Assembly: GCA_043803765.1 (NCBI GenBank)
Contig: JAZDJQ010000016.1
Span: 1-56,949 of the forward strand
Direction: 5' to 3'
DNA length: 56,949 nucleotides
Source of the DNA: Candidatus Iainarchaeum sp.
GTDB lineage: Archaea > Iainarchaeota > Iainarchaeia > Iainarchaeales > VGJJ01
A model generated the notes under the pieces. The model did not search any database and was not told the origin of the DNA. It saw only the letters and a program-made list of their open reading frames with translations. Made by a program: the position numbers and the translations under genes. Positions 1 to 8,465 of the stretch are shown one piece after another. How positions within the stretch are numbered: the first letter of the stretch is position 1; each line of letters opens with the position of its first letter.

Positions 1-917
1 GCATGATGAAACGCAGAACCATTTTTCACTAAATAAGCGAGCTTTTTGCATTGTTCAGTGGGTGTTTCCAATGCCTGTTCGATTTTTCCAGAAATTTTTG
101 CCAATTCTTTTTTTTCATCCGAAGAAAGCAGTGGAAAGATAGTATTGCTTGATTGTGTGGCTAAACTTTCAGCTCGCTTTCGCGTATTAGCAAATACTAA
201 CACTTGTTTTTTTTGTTTCACTGTGTCGGAAATAAAGGAATGCATCGGGTCATCCCCCGGAAAATCAATTTCTTTCCCCTCTCCTTTGAATGCTATCTGT
301 TGATCGTAATACACTCCCTCCTTCAATGGAACAGGACGATAATTACTCTCAACGAGATCGGCGTTCAACCAGGCGCTTAACTCGTCCGCGTTGGGAATCG
401 TAGCGCTTAATGCAATGATTTGGATTTTAGGGTTGAGAATACGGAGTTTGGTAATCACCATTTCCAATGTTGCCCCTCTATCCGAGTCTAATTCATGCAC
501 CTCATCAATAATAAGCGTGCCAATTTGATTCAACCACTCTGAACGATGAACAAGAAGCGAATCCAATTTTTCATAGGTGGTAAAGATAAAATCCACTTTG
601 GACAAATGCTTAGAACTAGAGTCCAGATCACCCGTCGAAACAGCCATTTTGATATTGTTTTGTTGCGCATACTTTTCTTTCAAATCACGATAATGTTCAT
701 GAGCGAGTGCACGCAAGGGGCAAGTGTAAACCGCTTTCTTTCCTTTATTGAGAATACTATTCAATCCGGCAAGTTCCGCAATAATGGTTTTTCCCGAAGC
801 AGTAGGAGACGCGACTACTAGATTTTGATTCTCCCAATCCACTTCCAATACTTTAGTCTGCATTGGATTGAATGACTGAAAACCATTTGCTTGTTTCACA
901 AGAGATGAAATATTCAT
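1..917 (-). CDS. hel308: Hel308/Ski2-like SF2 DNA helicase, N-terminal part (runs off window start)
   Basis: Not in ORF track. Manual translation from ATG at 917 gives MNISSLVKQANGFQSFNPMQ, Walker A SPTASGKT, PLRALA, TTYEK, IIDEVH, LSATIPN, RPVPL, FANTRKRAE, SAFHHA. Confidence 0.93.
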   Translation of the reverse strand, partial: MNISSLVKQANGFQSFNPMQTKVLEVDWENQNLVVASPTASGKTIIAELAGLNSILNKGKKAVYTCPLRALAHEHYRDLKEKYAQQNNIKMAVSTGDLDSSSKHLSKVDFIFTTYEKLDSLLVHRSEWLNQIGTLIIDEVHELDSDRGATLEMVITKLRILNPKIQIIALSATIPNADELSAWLNADLVESNYRPVPLKEGVYYDQQIAFKGEGKEIDFPGDDPMHSFISDTVKQKKQVLVFANTRKRAESLATQSSNTIFPLLSSDEKKELAKISGKIEQALETPTEQCKKLAYLVKNGSAFHH

Positions 918-998
918 ATGTTCAACTTGCAGGGGAATTGTTTTAATGGTTGGAGAAAAAACATGAGAAAAAAGGGAGCAGGAGGGAGGCCTAATTAC

Positions 999-1241
999 TT
1001 AGGCCATAGCAGATTCTGCCGACCCTCCATGAAGTACAATGTATTCATATGCTTTGTTCAGCACGAGCGACGCTTTGGGAAGATCACCAGGTTTATAGCT
1101 CGAAGACGATTGCCACTCCCCCTTATCATCCTTATACCTTTTTTGAAGGCTTACGGAAAGGAATTCTGCCCCTTTATCACTCGTATTTTTCCAAACACTC
1201 GCAACTATGGCACCGGCAACAAATTTTTGTATGGGTTGCAT
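999..1241 (-). CDS. Small conserved protein, probable PC4-like ssDNA-binding fold
   Basis: 80 aa with pattern GAIVASVWKN...SVSLQKRYKDDKGEW...DLPKA; GGAGGTG Shine-Dalgarno upstream. Confidence 0.55.
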   Translation of the reverse strand: MQPIQKFVAGAIVASVWKNTSDKGAEFLSVSLQKRYKDDKGEWQSSSSYKPGDLPKASLVLNKAYEYIVLHGGSAESAMA

Positions 1242-1370
1242 ATTCGACTCACCTCCTGAATTGGAGTCAAATTCTTTAGGATTTTTACTTAACTAAATCA
1301 TTTTCAAACGGTGAATCGCCATTGGTTCCGCTGGAATTTATTTAATGTGAGTCTTGAAATGGGGGCTCGT

Positions 1371-2069
1371 TCATTTTTTTTCTTCTTGTTTCCTTACGGG
1401 TCGGCTCTGCTCTTTTCCTTCCTTGCTCCAATTCAATAATTCCTTCAATGCAAAAAGTTGTTCCCGATGCTCACTCACAATGTGATGGCTGCGCTTGATT
1501 TGGGAAGCCGACACTTCCTTTTTGAGTTTGCGTCTTTCTTTTGCATGCTGGGCAAGACCTTTATGGTTTTGATACACCGGAGAATGTTTTACTGTTTCCG
1601 TGAGTTGCTTTCGATATTCCGGATTATCCACAAAAGCAGCAATCATCGGCCGATACTTTTCATCCGATATAAGGGACGATTTCAAATCAATTGTTTTGGA
1701 ATCATCACGGTATTCTCTATCCATTACTTTTTTTGAAACATGCTTCCAGAACAAGGGGTCGGTTACTTTCTTAGCATGAGCAAACGTATCATAGGAGAGT
1801 TCCCGCAAGTGAGCCATCTGCCACTGCCACTTCTTAGATGTTTGTTCCTGATGACGCAAAGTAAATTCCTGGATTTGCTTCTCCAGTTTTTCAGGCGTGG
1901 GGTATACGAGGCGAGGCCAATTAGTAGGAGAAGTGGTTTCTAACTGCAACACCCCCCTTTTCTGAAAATAATATTCAATTGCTTTTTTCCTGCGAGGATT
2001 TGTATCCAAAAAGGGAGCGCCGTCAAACGCTTTTTGTATTTTCTCAACCGAATCGAATACAGCAGGCAT
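1371..2069 (-). CDS. Hypothetical basic helical protein
   Basis: 232-aa ORF; TTAAAA box about 30 nt upstream; no recognisable motif. Confidence 0.7.
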   Translation of the reverse strand: MPAVFDSVEKIQKAFDGAPFLDTNPRRKKAIEYYFQKRGVLQLETTSPTNWPRLVYPTPEKLEKQIQEFTLRHQEQTSKKWQWQMAHLRELSYDTFAHAKKVTDPLFWKHVSKKVMDREYRDDSKTIDLKSSLISDEKYRPMIAAFVDNPEYRKQLTETVKHSPVYQNHKGLAQHAKERRKLKKEVSASQIKRSHHIVSEHREQLFALKELLNWSKEGKEQSRPVRKQEEKK

Positions 2070-2130
2070 ATTTCACCAAATCAGTTAGAGATTACTCCTT
2101 TTTAACCTCCGTTTCATTTTCCCTTGCACG

Positions 2131-4683
2131 ATGATGACAAAAGGACAGGGCGCACTCGAATACCTCATCCTCATGGGGGGGGTAACGCTATTAGCCATGA
2201 TTGTGCTGCTCGCATTATTTTCATCCGCACCCGCACTTACTGATATTTTAGAAGGAAACCTAGGGGGATATTCTTCTTTGTCTTCCTCAATTCTTGATGA
2301 TCCTGTGGTTCCAGTAGAATTTGAGGGAACGTTTCTGTTGGAAAACGAACTGGTTAGGATCGAATTCGCAGAAGAAAACGGGGATGCCTTGCTTCAAAGC
2401 ATTACGAACAAGATGACTGGGGTGGTTTTTCCAATGAAAGGAGAATATCATTGGGAATTCTATCTTAATAATGAATCAAATTTCAATGATTCCATAGACA
2501 TTTATGCGGATACTGCCTCCTGTGATCCGGTAACGGTAAGCGAATTGGAACAGTCCGGAACCCAAAGCGTGACTTTTGTCTGGCCTCATTGCGTGGTTGA
2601 AGGAGAGGAAACAGTGGACGTACGTCTCCAGGTGAGATTGGATGACGATTCCCCGTTCAGCAAGTGGCGTTTATCACTTGACAATCACACGAATAACTGG
2701 GGCATTCATATTGGTAGTCTCTTTGTGGACATTCAAGATCAATCAAATGATTATCTGGCTGTTTTCTCCAACTCGGGAATTCTGGTAGAAGACCCTTACT
2801 TGAACTACCGGCCCACAAAACCCCTACTTGCCACCACATTCATTCAAATGCAGGCCTACTATGTGGATGATGGCTCTCCTGAAGGGATTTACATTGCCTC
2901 CGAAGATTATCGTAATCTTCACTCGCGGGTAATCCAGTGGAATGCTGTTTCCGATAGTGTCAAAGGAAATCACACGCGATTTGGATTAGGGGGATATGGA
3001 AGGGCTCCGTTGGATCCGGACAACATTGACTTCGATATGGAATACGATTATTCCATAGGAGTGTTTGAGGGTGACTGGTATGATGCTGCCAAAATTTATC
3101 GGAACTGGGCCTTGACAGAAGGCGGCACGGTTTCCCTTGGAAAAGTAGAACAACGCACGGATATTCCCGATTGGTACAAGGAACTGGGACTGCAACTCGT
3201 ACAAAATTTGCTGGGAAGTTCTTATAACAATGGAGTTGAAGTGAATGACTATGCCCCTTTGGAGTTTTTCCAAGAAGTAAAGGATTTCTATCTTCCCTGC
3301 GAGGAATACTTTGACCCGGAGGCCTGTGGAGAGGGGTCGGCTTCCACTGTGATGGGTCTGTTCGAATGGAGCTGGTTTGATAATGAGGACAATGCTCAAT
3401 ATGGGGACTACTCTATTTATCCTGCAATGGGGGTGTTTGCTTCTGCTGCCAAAGCCGCGTCTATCTATCTCATAGGATACACCTTGAGTTTTGGGTATTC
3501 CGTTGACGGCTCGGAATTGGATGACATGCGCTTCTATGCTAATGTCGATCCCACTACTGGGGAACCATTTTTCATTTCTGGAATCAATGTGTATGCTATG
3601 GATCCCGCGGCTACTGATTGGTGGGAACGTTATGCGACTGTCTTCAAGAACCAAGCTGTAGAAAATGGGTTCATGGGCATTTACCTTGATAACCCATACA
3701 TTTTCGGATTGGGGTCCCATAATCCAAATATTCCAACACCATCAAATCCCCACAATCAAGGGCAGGGAGGAACGTACTTGCTTGAAGGATATAGGAATGG
3801 AATTCAAACAATCATAAACAACATACGGGAAACCTATTCGGATTTCATTCTCGTGCACGAACAGGGACATGAAGCCTATGAACCTACAAGCTGGTCCAAT
3901 TCAGGACAAAACGACGCCCCTCCTAACGGCGTCAACCCTGTTTTCACAACTAATATTCCGTTGATTGAAACCATTTACCACGATTACAAGTTGTTCAATT
4001 ATGGAAATATCTATTCCAATCTTACGTGGCATGCCTACGACGCGTATTCAGGGCAACCCGGTTTGCTTACGGAGGCCGCGCAAGCCAGCATTGCATCGGG
4101 TTTCATCCGGGGAAAAATGGTCACGCACACCGAGAGCACGCTAGGATACGCTGTTCATAATTCAGTGAAAGACCACGGAGACGCGTTCGCGCCTTTTGTG
4201 AATTATGCGTATTTCCTCAAGCAACTCATCAAAGTGCGCTTGAGCGAGGCAAAGAAATTTCTTATTTATGGCCAGTTGCTCCGGCCACTAAAACTTGAAG
4301 GGGCCGGCAATAACATAACCTTCACGTACAAGACCATGGGTGATAATCCGACTCCTTATCCGCAGACCTTCCCGCCAGTGATGAACTCAGTATGGAAGGC
4401 AAGCGATGGAAGCATTGGAGTAATGTTTATCAATTATACGAACAACGACGAGTCTTTCAGCTGGACATTTGACGCAGATGAATATGGTCTCAGTTCTTCA
4501 TTGTTCACCATGAAAAAACTCGCCAATCATGACAACATAGGGGATTTTTTTTCCAATCCCAAAGAGCCCGGATCACATGTGGAAGATGTGGTGTTTCAAT
4601 TCGATGAAACTTTTCCTAATGGGAAAGAGTTCAACGAATCCATGCCCCCGCGAAGTGTCCGCTTTTACCAAATAACCTCCTAA
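2131..4683 (+). CDS. Class III (pilin-type) signal peptide protein with DUF6259-like putative glycoside hydrolase domain
   Basis: N-terminus KGQGALEYLILMGGVTLL; GDWYDAAKIYRNWA, GIYLD and GQLLRP...VMNSVWKASDGSIG motifs. Confidence 0.65.
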   Translation: MMTKGQGALEYLILMGGVTLLAMIVLLALFSSAPALTDILEGNLGGYSSLSSSILDDPVVPVEFEGTFLLENELVRIEFAEENGDALLQSITNKMTGVVFPMKGEYHWEFYLNNESNFNDSIDIYADTASCDPVTVSELEQSGTQSVTFVWPHCVVEGEETVDVRLQVRLDDDSPFSKWRLSLDNHTNNWGIHIGSLFVDIQDQSNDYLAVFSNSGILVEDPYLNYRPTKPLLATTFIQMQAYYVDDGSPEGIYIASEDYRNLHSRVIQWNAVSDSVKGNHTRFGLGGYGRAPLDPDNIDFDMEYDYSIGVFEGDWYDAAKIYRNWALTEGGTVSLGKVEQRTDIPDWYKELGLQLVQNLLGSSYNNGVEVNDYAPLEFFQEVKDFYLPCEEYFDPEACGEGSASTVMGLFEWSWFDNEDNAQYGDYSIYPAMGVFASAAKAASIYLIGYTLSFGYSVDGSELDDMRFYANVDPTTGEPFFISGINVYAMDPAATDWWERYATVFKNQAVENGFMGIYLDNPYIFGLGSHNPNIPTPSNPHNQGQGGTYLLEGYRNGIQTIINNIRETYSDFILVHEQGHEAYEPTSWSNSGQNDAPPNGVNPVFTTNIPLIETIYHDYKLFNYGNIYSNLTWHAYDAYSGQPGLLTEAAQASIASGFIRGKMVTHTESTLGYAVHNSVKDHGDAFAPFVNYAYFLKQLIKVRLSEAKKFLIYGQLLRPLKLEGAGNNITFTYKTMGDNPTPYPQTFPPVMNSVWKASDGSIGVMFINYTNNDESFSWTFDADEYGLSSSLFTMKKLANHDNIGDFFSNPKEPGSHVEDVVFQFDETFPNGKEFNESMPPRSVRFYQITS

Positions 4684-4748
4684 TAAGCCCTGAAACAAAA
4701 GAGTAAAAAGAACAACTGATGTTTTCCTATCATGAGGAGGGCGAGCAT

Positions 4749-5099
4749 ATGATTCCAGGTTTAGGGGGGATGAACCCCGCACAGATGAAGGCCATGATGA
4801 GGCAGTTCGGTATTAAGAGTGAAGAATTAGATGCAACAAAGGCAACAATCGAATTGGTCAATGGAAAAAAGATTGTATTCGATTCACCGCAAATCACGGT
4901 TGTAGACATGAAAGGGCAGAAAACCTACACGCTTGTAGGAGAAGCAATAGAAGAAAAAGAAAACGATTCCACTATTTCAAAAGAAGACATTGAATTAGTT
5001 ATCGCCCAAACTCATGTTTCAGAAGAAAAGGCGCGTGATGCACTGGAAAAGAGTTCAGGAGACATTGCCGAAGCAATCGCCTCCCTAAAAGAAGAATAA
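4749..5099 (+). CDS. nac: Nascent polypeptide-associated complex protein
   Basis: GGMNPAQMKAMMRQFGI; C-terminal UBA-like EDIELVIAQTHVSEEKARDALEKSSGDIAEAI; GAGGAGG SD before ATG 4749. Confidence 0.93.
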   Translation: MIPGLGGMNPAQMKAMMRQFGIKSEELDATKATIELVNGKKIVFDSPQITVVDMKGQKTYTLVGEAIEEKENDSTISKEDIELVIAQTHVSEEKARDALEKSSGDIAEAIASLKEE

Positions 5100-5115
5100 C
5101 CACTTTTTTCTGGTA

Positions 5116-5310
5116 TTATTTCCTTCTTTTCTTTTTTCCTAGTTTCCTGGAATCCATTTTCAATGCAGCATTTTTTGAAGGAAGCATAATTTGTTCCGCT
5201 CCAATACCGCGTTGTGTCATACGGTGAAGGATAATAATCTGCAAACTAATCAACAACACCTGCGCAAGGAAAAGGAGCATTAAATCCGGTCGACCAAAGA
5301 AAACATTCAT
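5116..5310 (-). CDS. Small single-TM protein with basic tail
   Basis: MNVFFGRPDLMLLFLAQVLLISLQIIILHRM...KKKRRK; GGAG SD. Confidence 0.6.
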   Translation of the reverse strand: MNVFFGRPDLMLLFLAQVLLISLQIIILHRMTQRGIGAEQIMLPSKNAALKMDSRKLGKKKRRK

Positions 5311-5317
5311 ATGAAAA

Positions 5318-5428
5318 CTATCTCCTTCCATTATTCTTGGACATGCGGTAAACGATGAGGATACTCAACACAATAGAAACCGCCTGCCCTAAGAAAATCA
5401 ACAACTCACCTGTAGTAAGGAATAACAT
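5318..5428 (-). CDS. 36-aa single-TM microprotein (not in ORF track)
   Basis: Manual translation MLFLTTGELLIFLGQAVSIVLSILIVYRMSKNNGRR*; GAGGTG SD; resembles downstream ORF. Confidence 0.55.
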   Translation of the reverse strand: MLFLTTGELLIFLGQAVSIVLSILIVYRMSKNNGRR

Positions 5429-5464
5429 ATCGCCACCTCTACCGAAAGCAAAACGACCCGCTAT

Positions 5465-6829
5465 TTAAATCTGCGTCTCATCCGGCAAGAGAGGCGGGTC
5501 TACTTCTATCCCTGAAATAAAAGTAAGCTCCCCCTTCATGGCAACCGCATTCAAATTAAGGAATACAACATCCCCCACGTTTTTCCCGGGCTTCACCACA
5601 ATTGACACTATTCCTTCATTTGGAACGATAAATGACTTATTGCTATCCGAAAAAGAGACTTCCGTTAGTATCATCGTGCCATTCTGGAAAACCTCGGATT
5701 GAATACCCATGCCGTTTAATGTGTTCACTATTTTTTCCGAGACACTTCCAACGTTTTCTTCAATCGTGTCGGCTTCCACAAGGAATCGAGTTAATGGGTC
5801 TTGGAAACTCATCTCACTATTCGTAGCGGTTGCCCCGCTTACTACGCTTTGCAGTATTTTCTTTGCTTCATCCAATGAAATATTTCCCAATGACACATAC
5901 AACTGGTTTCCATTTCCCTGCACATCAGTAAATACATCCGGATGGTCAACCATGTACAATTTAACGTGAGGAATGAATATGTTGGCGTCCTGAAAAATAG
6001 CAACAAGCATATTATCCAATGACGGAATAATGGGAGAATCCACTTTTTCTATGCCTGCTATTCCGCTCAATAGTTTTTGCAATGCATTCCCATCCATTTG
6101 AGGAATGTATTTCCACTCTCCTGTAATCGAAATACGGGGCTGAAGAGAAGAAATAGTATATTCTCCATTCGTAGAGAGTGAAATAGGGGACTGCGTCATG
6201 TTCTGCGTTTCAATAAGATAAACCGAAACAATTGTTTCCCCCTGAAATGTGGCGGAAACAGTACTCTTTACTTGGTCTCCCGATTGTGTTTGACTTGATA
6301 CGATGGCCTGAATAGTAGTCTGTTGCAGAGTAAATGATTTAGTATCCCCATTCTGATTTGTTCCCGTCAACGTTGATGGAACCTGTGCCGATGCCTGAAA
6401 ATAAATCTCATGATTGGATAAAGAAGAAACATTCTCCACTTCTGCAAGAAACGATTCTTTATCAAATCCTTCTTCCAATTGAACACTGGCAAGGTACGCT
6501 AACTCGGAAGTAGCCGAATCAATCGTTGTAAATTGAGACGTTATTCCTGCAACGAAAGGAATATCTTGTATTGCGGCATCAATAACCGTTTTGTCCGTTT
6601 CACTCGTTTGCCCGCCAATAATAGCAGTAGGAAACACCATCGTAATCGTTGCTTCCGTATCCTCTACAAGAAATGTGTCCAATGATTGATTCGTTAATGG
6701 ATCTTCTTGATTGTCCTGTTGCGCGGATTGTCCTGCAAAAAATATTCCAACACCGGAAAGGAGCATTAATGCAATAATGATTCCTGCCCCCAATCGAACC
6801 GATAGTCCTGTTCCCGGCTTATCACTCAT
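5465..6829 (-). CDS. Membrane-anchored hypothetical extracellular protein
   Basis: N-terminal TM helix followed by an acidic, beta-rich body. Confidence 0.75.
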   Translation of the reverse strand: MSDKPGTGLSVRLGAGIIIALMLLSGVGIFFAGQSAQQDNQEDPLTNQSLDTFLVEDTEATITMVFPTAIIGGQTSETDKTVIDAAIQDIPFVAGITSQFTTIDSATSELAYLASVQLEEGFDKESFLAEVENVSSLSNHEIYFQASAQVPSTLTGTNQNGDTKSFTLQQTTIQAIVSSQTQSGDQVKSTVSATFQGETIVSVYLIETQNMTQSPISLSTNGEYTISSLQPRISITGEWKYIPQMDGNALQKLLSGIAGIEKVDSPIIPSLDNMLVAIFQDANIFIPHVKLYMVDHPDVFTDVQGNGNQLYVSLGNISLDEAKKILQSVVSGATATNSEMSFQDPLTRFLVEADTIEENVGSVSEKIVNTLNGMGIQSEVFQNGTMILTEVSFSDSNKSFIVPNEGIVSIVVKPGKNVGDVVFLNLNAVAMKGELTFISGIEVDPPLLPDETQI

Positions 6830-6911
6830 GTGTGCTCCCAACTACTCCGCAGCCGGAAAAGGGTTAAAAAAGGCTTGGCATGGGCAATACTCTGAAAGGA
6901 GTGAATAAATC

Positions 6912-7643
6912 ATGCAAAAAGGGGACGTTATCAGCCTATCTTTCACAGGGAAGGAGACGGACAGTGGAAAAGTATTCGATACTACGCATCTTGACATTGC
7001 AAAAAAAGAAGGACTAAAAACGAATGAAAGAAAATACGGTCCTGTTACCGTGATTATAGGAGCAGGAGAACTATTATCAGGTATTGATGACGCATTACTC
7101 GGGATGAAAAACGGTGAACAAAAGACGATTTCTCTTTCACCCGAAAAAGCATTTGGAAATAGAGACGCTCAATTAATCAAAATTCTTCCATTAAACGAAT
7201 TCAAAAAACATAATGTTCCGGCTGTTCCCGGAACGATTGTAAATGCCAATGACATGTTAGGAAAAGTACAAAGCGTATCCGGTGGACGCGTACGCGTTGA
7301 CTTCAATCCCGAATTGGCAGGAAAAGAAGTAACCTATGAACTCAAAATAGAAAAACAATTCACGGACGAAAAAGAAAAACTGGACGCTCTTGCTGAAAAA
7401 ATGTTTCCTTGGGATGTAAAACCGGCTATTCAAAGAGAAAAAGACAGTGTCACCGTATCAGGGCCTATTCCCATTATGACTCGCTATCAAAGAAGCCTGG
7501 CTATTTTTTCTAAACTCGTATTAGAGTCTATTCCAACAGTGAAAAAAGTCAACCTTCGCTCCGAAATAGAGAAAAAAGATGTCGAAAATGCCCACGTACA
7601 CGACGATGGAACGATTCATTCAAACGAGGAACACTCTCCCTAA
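6912..7643 (+). CDS. slyD: FKBP-type peptidyl-prolyl isomerase (long archaeal SlyD-like)
   Basis: GKVFDTT, PEKAFGNRD, GRVRVDFNPELAGK; His-rich tail. Confidence 0.9.
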   Translation: MQKGDVISLSFTGKETDSGKVFDTTHLDIAKKEGLKTNERKYGPVTVIIGAGELLSGIDDALLGMKNGEQKTISLSPEKAFGNRDAQLIKILPLNEFKKHNVPAVPGTIVNANDMLGKVQSVSGGRVRVDFNPELAGKEVTYELKIEKQFTDEKEKLDALAEKMFPWDVKPAIQREKDSVTVSGPIPIMTRYQRSLAIFSKLVLESIPTVKKVNLRSEIEKKDVENAHVHDDGTIHSNEEHSP

Positions 7644-7758
7644 TTCGCATTAATGGGGTAATGTAGCGTCAAAACACGGGTTCTTTTTTAAAGGGAAAGG
7701 CGCACTCTGATAGTATCATTCCCTTATTTTAGGAAGCCTTGATTGACGGGTTTAACGC

Positions 7759-8391
7759 ATGACCAACGCGCAAGTGAAGAAAACAGGAACTACCACTTTA
7801 GGCATACGAACCAAGGATGTTATCATCCTCGCGGCAGACCAAAAAGCCACCATGGGGTATTTCGCAGCAGATTTGGACACCAAAAAAGTATACAAGCTTA
7901 CTGACAAAATAGGACTCACTATTGCAGGAGGAATGGGAGACGCTCAAACACTCGTACGTTTTCTCCGTTCCCAAGCCAAACTATTTGAAGTGGAAAGAGA
8001 AAATGCCATCACCACAAAGGCACTTGTCACGTTCATTGCTAACATTTTGAGCGGTAACCGCTATTATCCTTTCATGGTTCAATTCATTATTGGAGGATGC
8101 ACCGGGCAACCCTTGTTGTATTCCATGGATGCAGTAGGAAGCATTGCCGATGTAGAAGATTACACGGTTTCAGGAAGCGGGAGCGAATTCGCAATGGGAG
8201 TATTAGACACTCAATATGAAAGCACCATGAAAAAAGAAGAAGCAATTAAACTCGCCGTGAAAGCAATTTCCGCAGCAAAGAAACGAGATGTCATGTCAGG
8301 GGGGCATAGCATCAGCATCATGGTGATTGACTCCACTGGTGTACAAGAAATACCTAAGAAAGATGTTGAAAAAATAATTGCCGCCATCTAA
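7759..8391 (+). CDS. psmB: Proteasome beta subunit
   Basis: Propeptide then KTG/TTTLG; GSGS, RDVMSG; directly upstream of aCPSF1 as is common in archaea. Confidence 0.95.
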   Translation: MTNAQVKKTGTTTLGIRTKDVIILAADQKATMGYFAADLDTKKVYKLTDKIGLTIAGGMGDAQTLVRFLRSQAKLFEVERENAITTKALVTFIANILSGNRYYPFMVQFIIGGCTGQPLLYSMDAVGSIADVEDYTVSGSGSEFAMGVLDTQYESTMKKEEAIKLAVKAISAAKKRDVMSGGHSISIMVIDSTGVQEIPKKDVEKIIAAI

Positions 8392-8465
8392 AACGTTTAA
8401 CCAAACTGAGAAGCTATCACCGTTTACTTTACTATTATTGCATTTCCATAACCATCATCAAAATA

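Noticed and set aside
46-821. Plus-strand ORFs of 85 and 91 aa
   Set aside because: Antisense shadows of hel308
2986-3720. 244-aa minus-strand ORF
   Set aside because: Wholly antisense to the 850-aa gene and not protein-like
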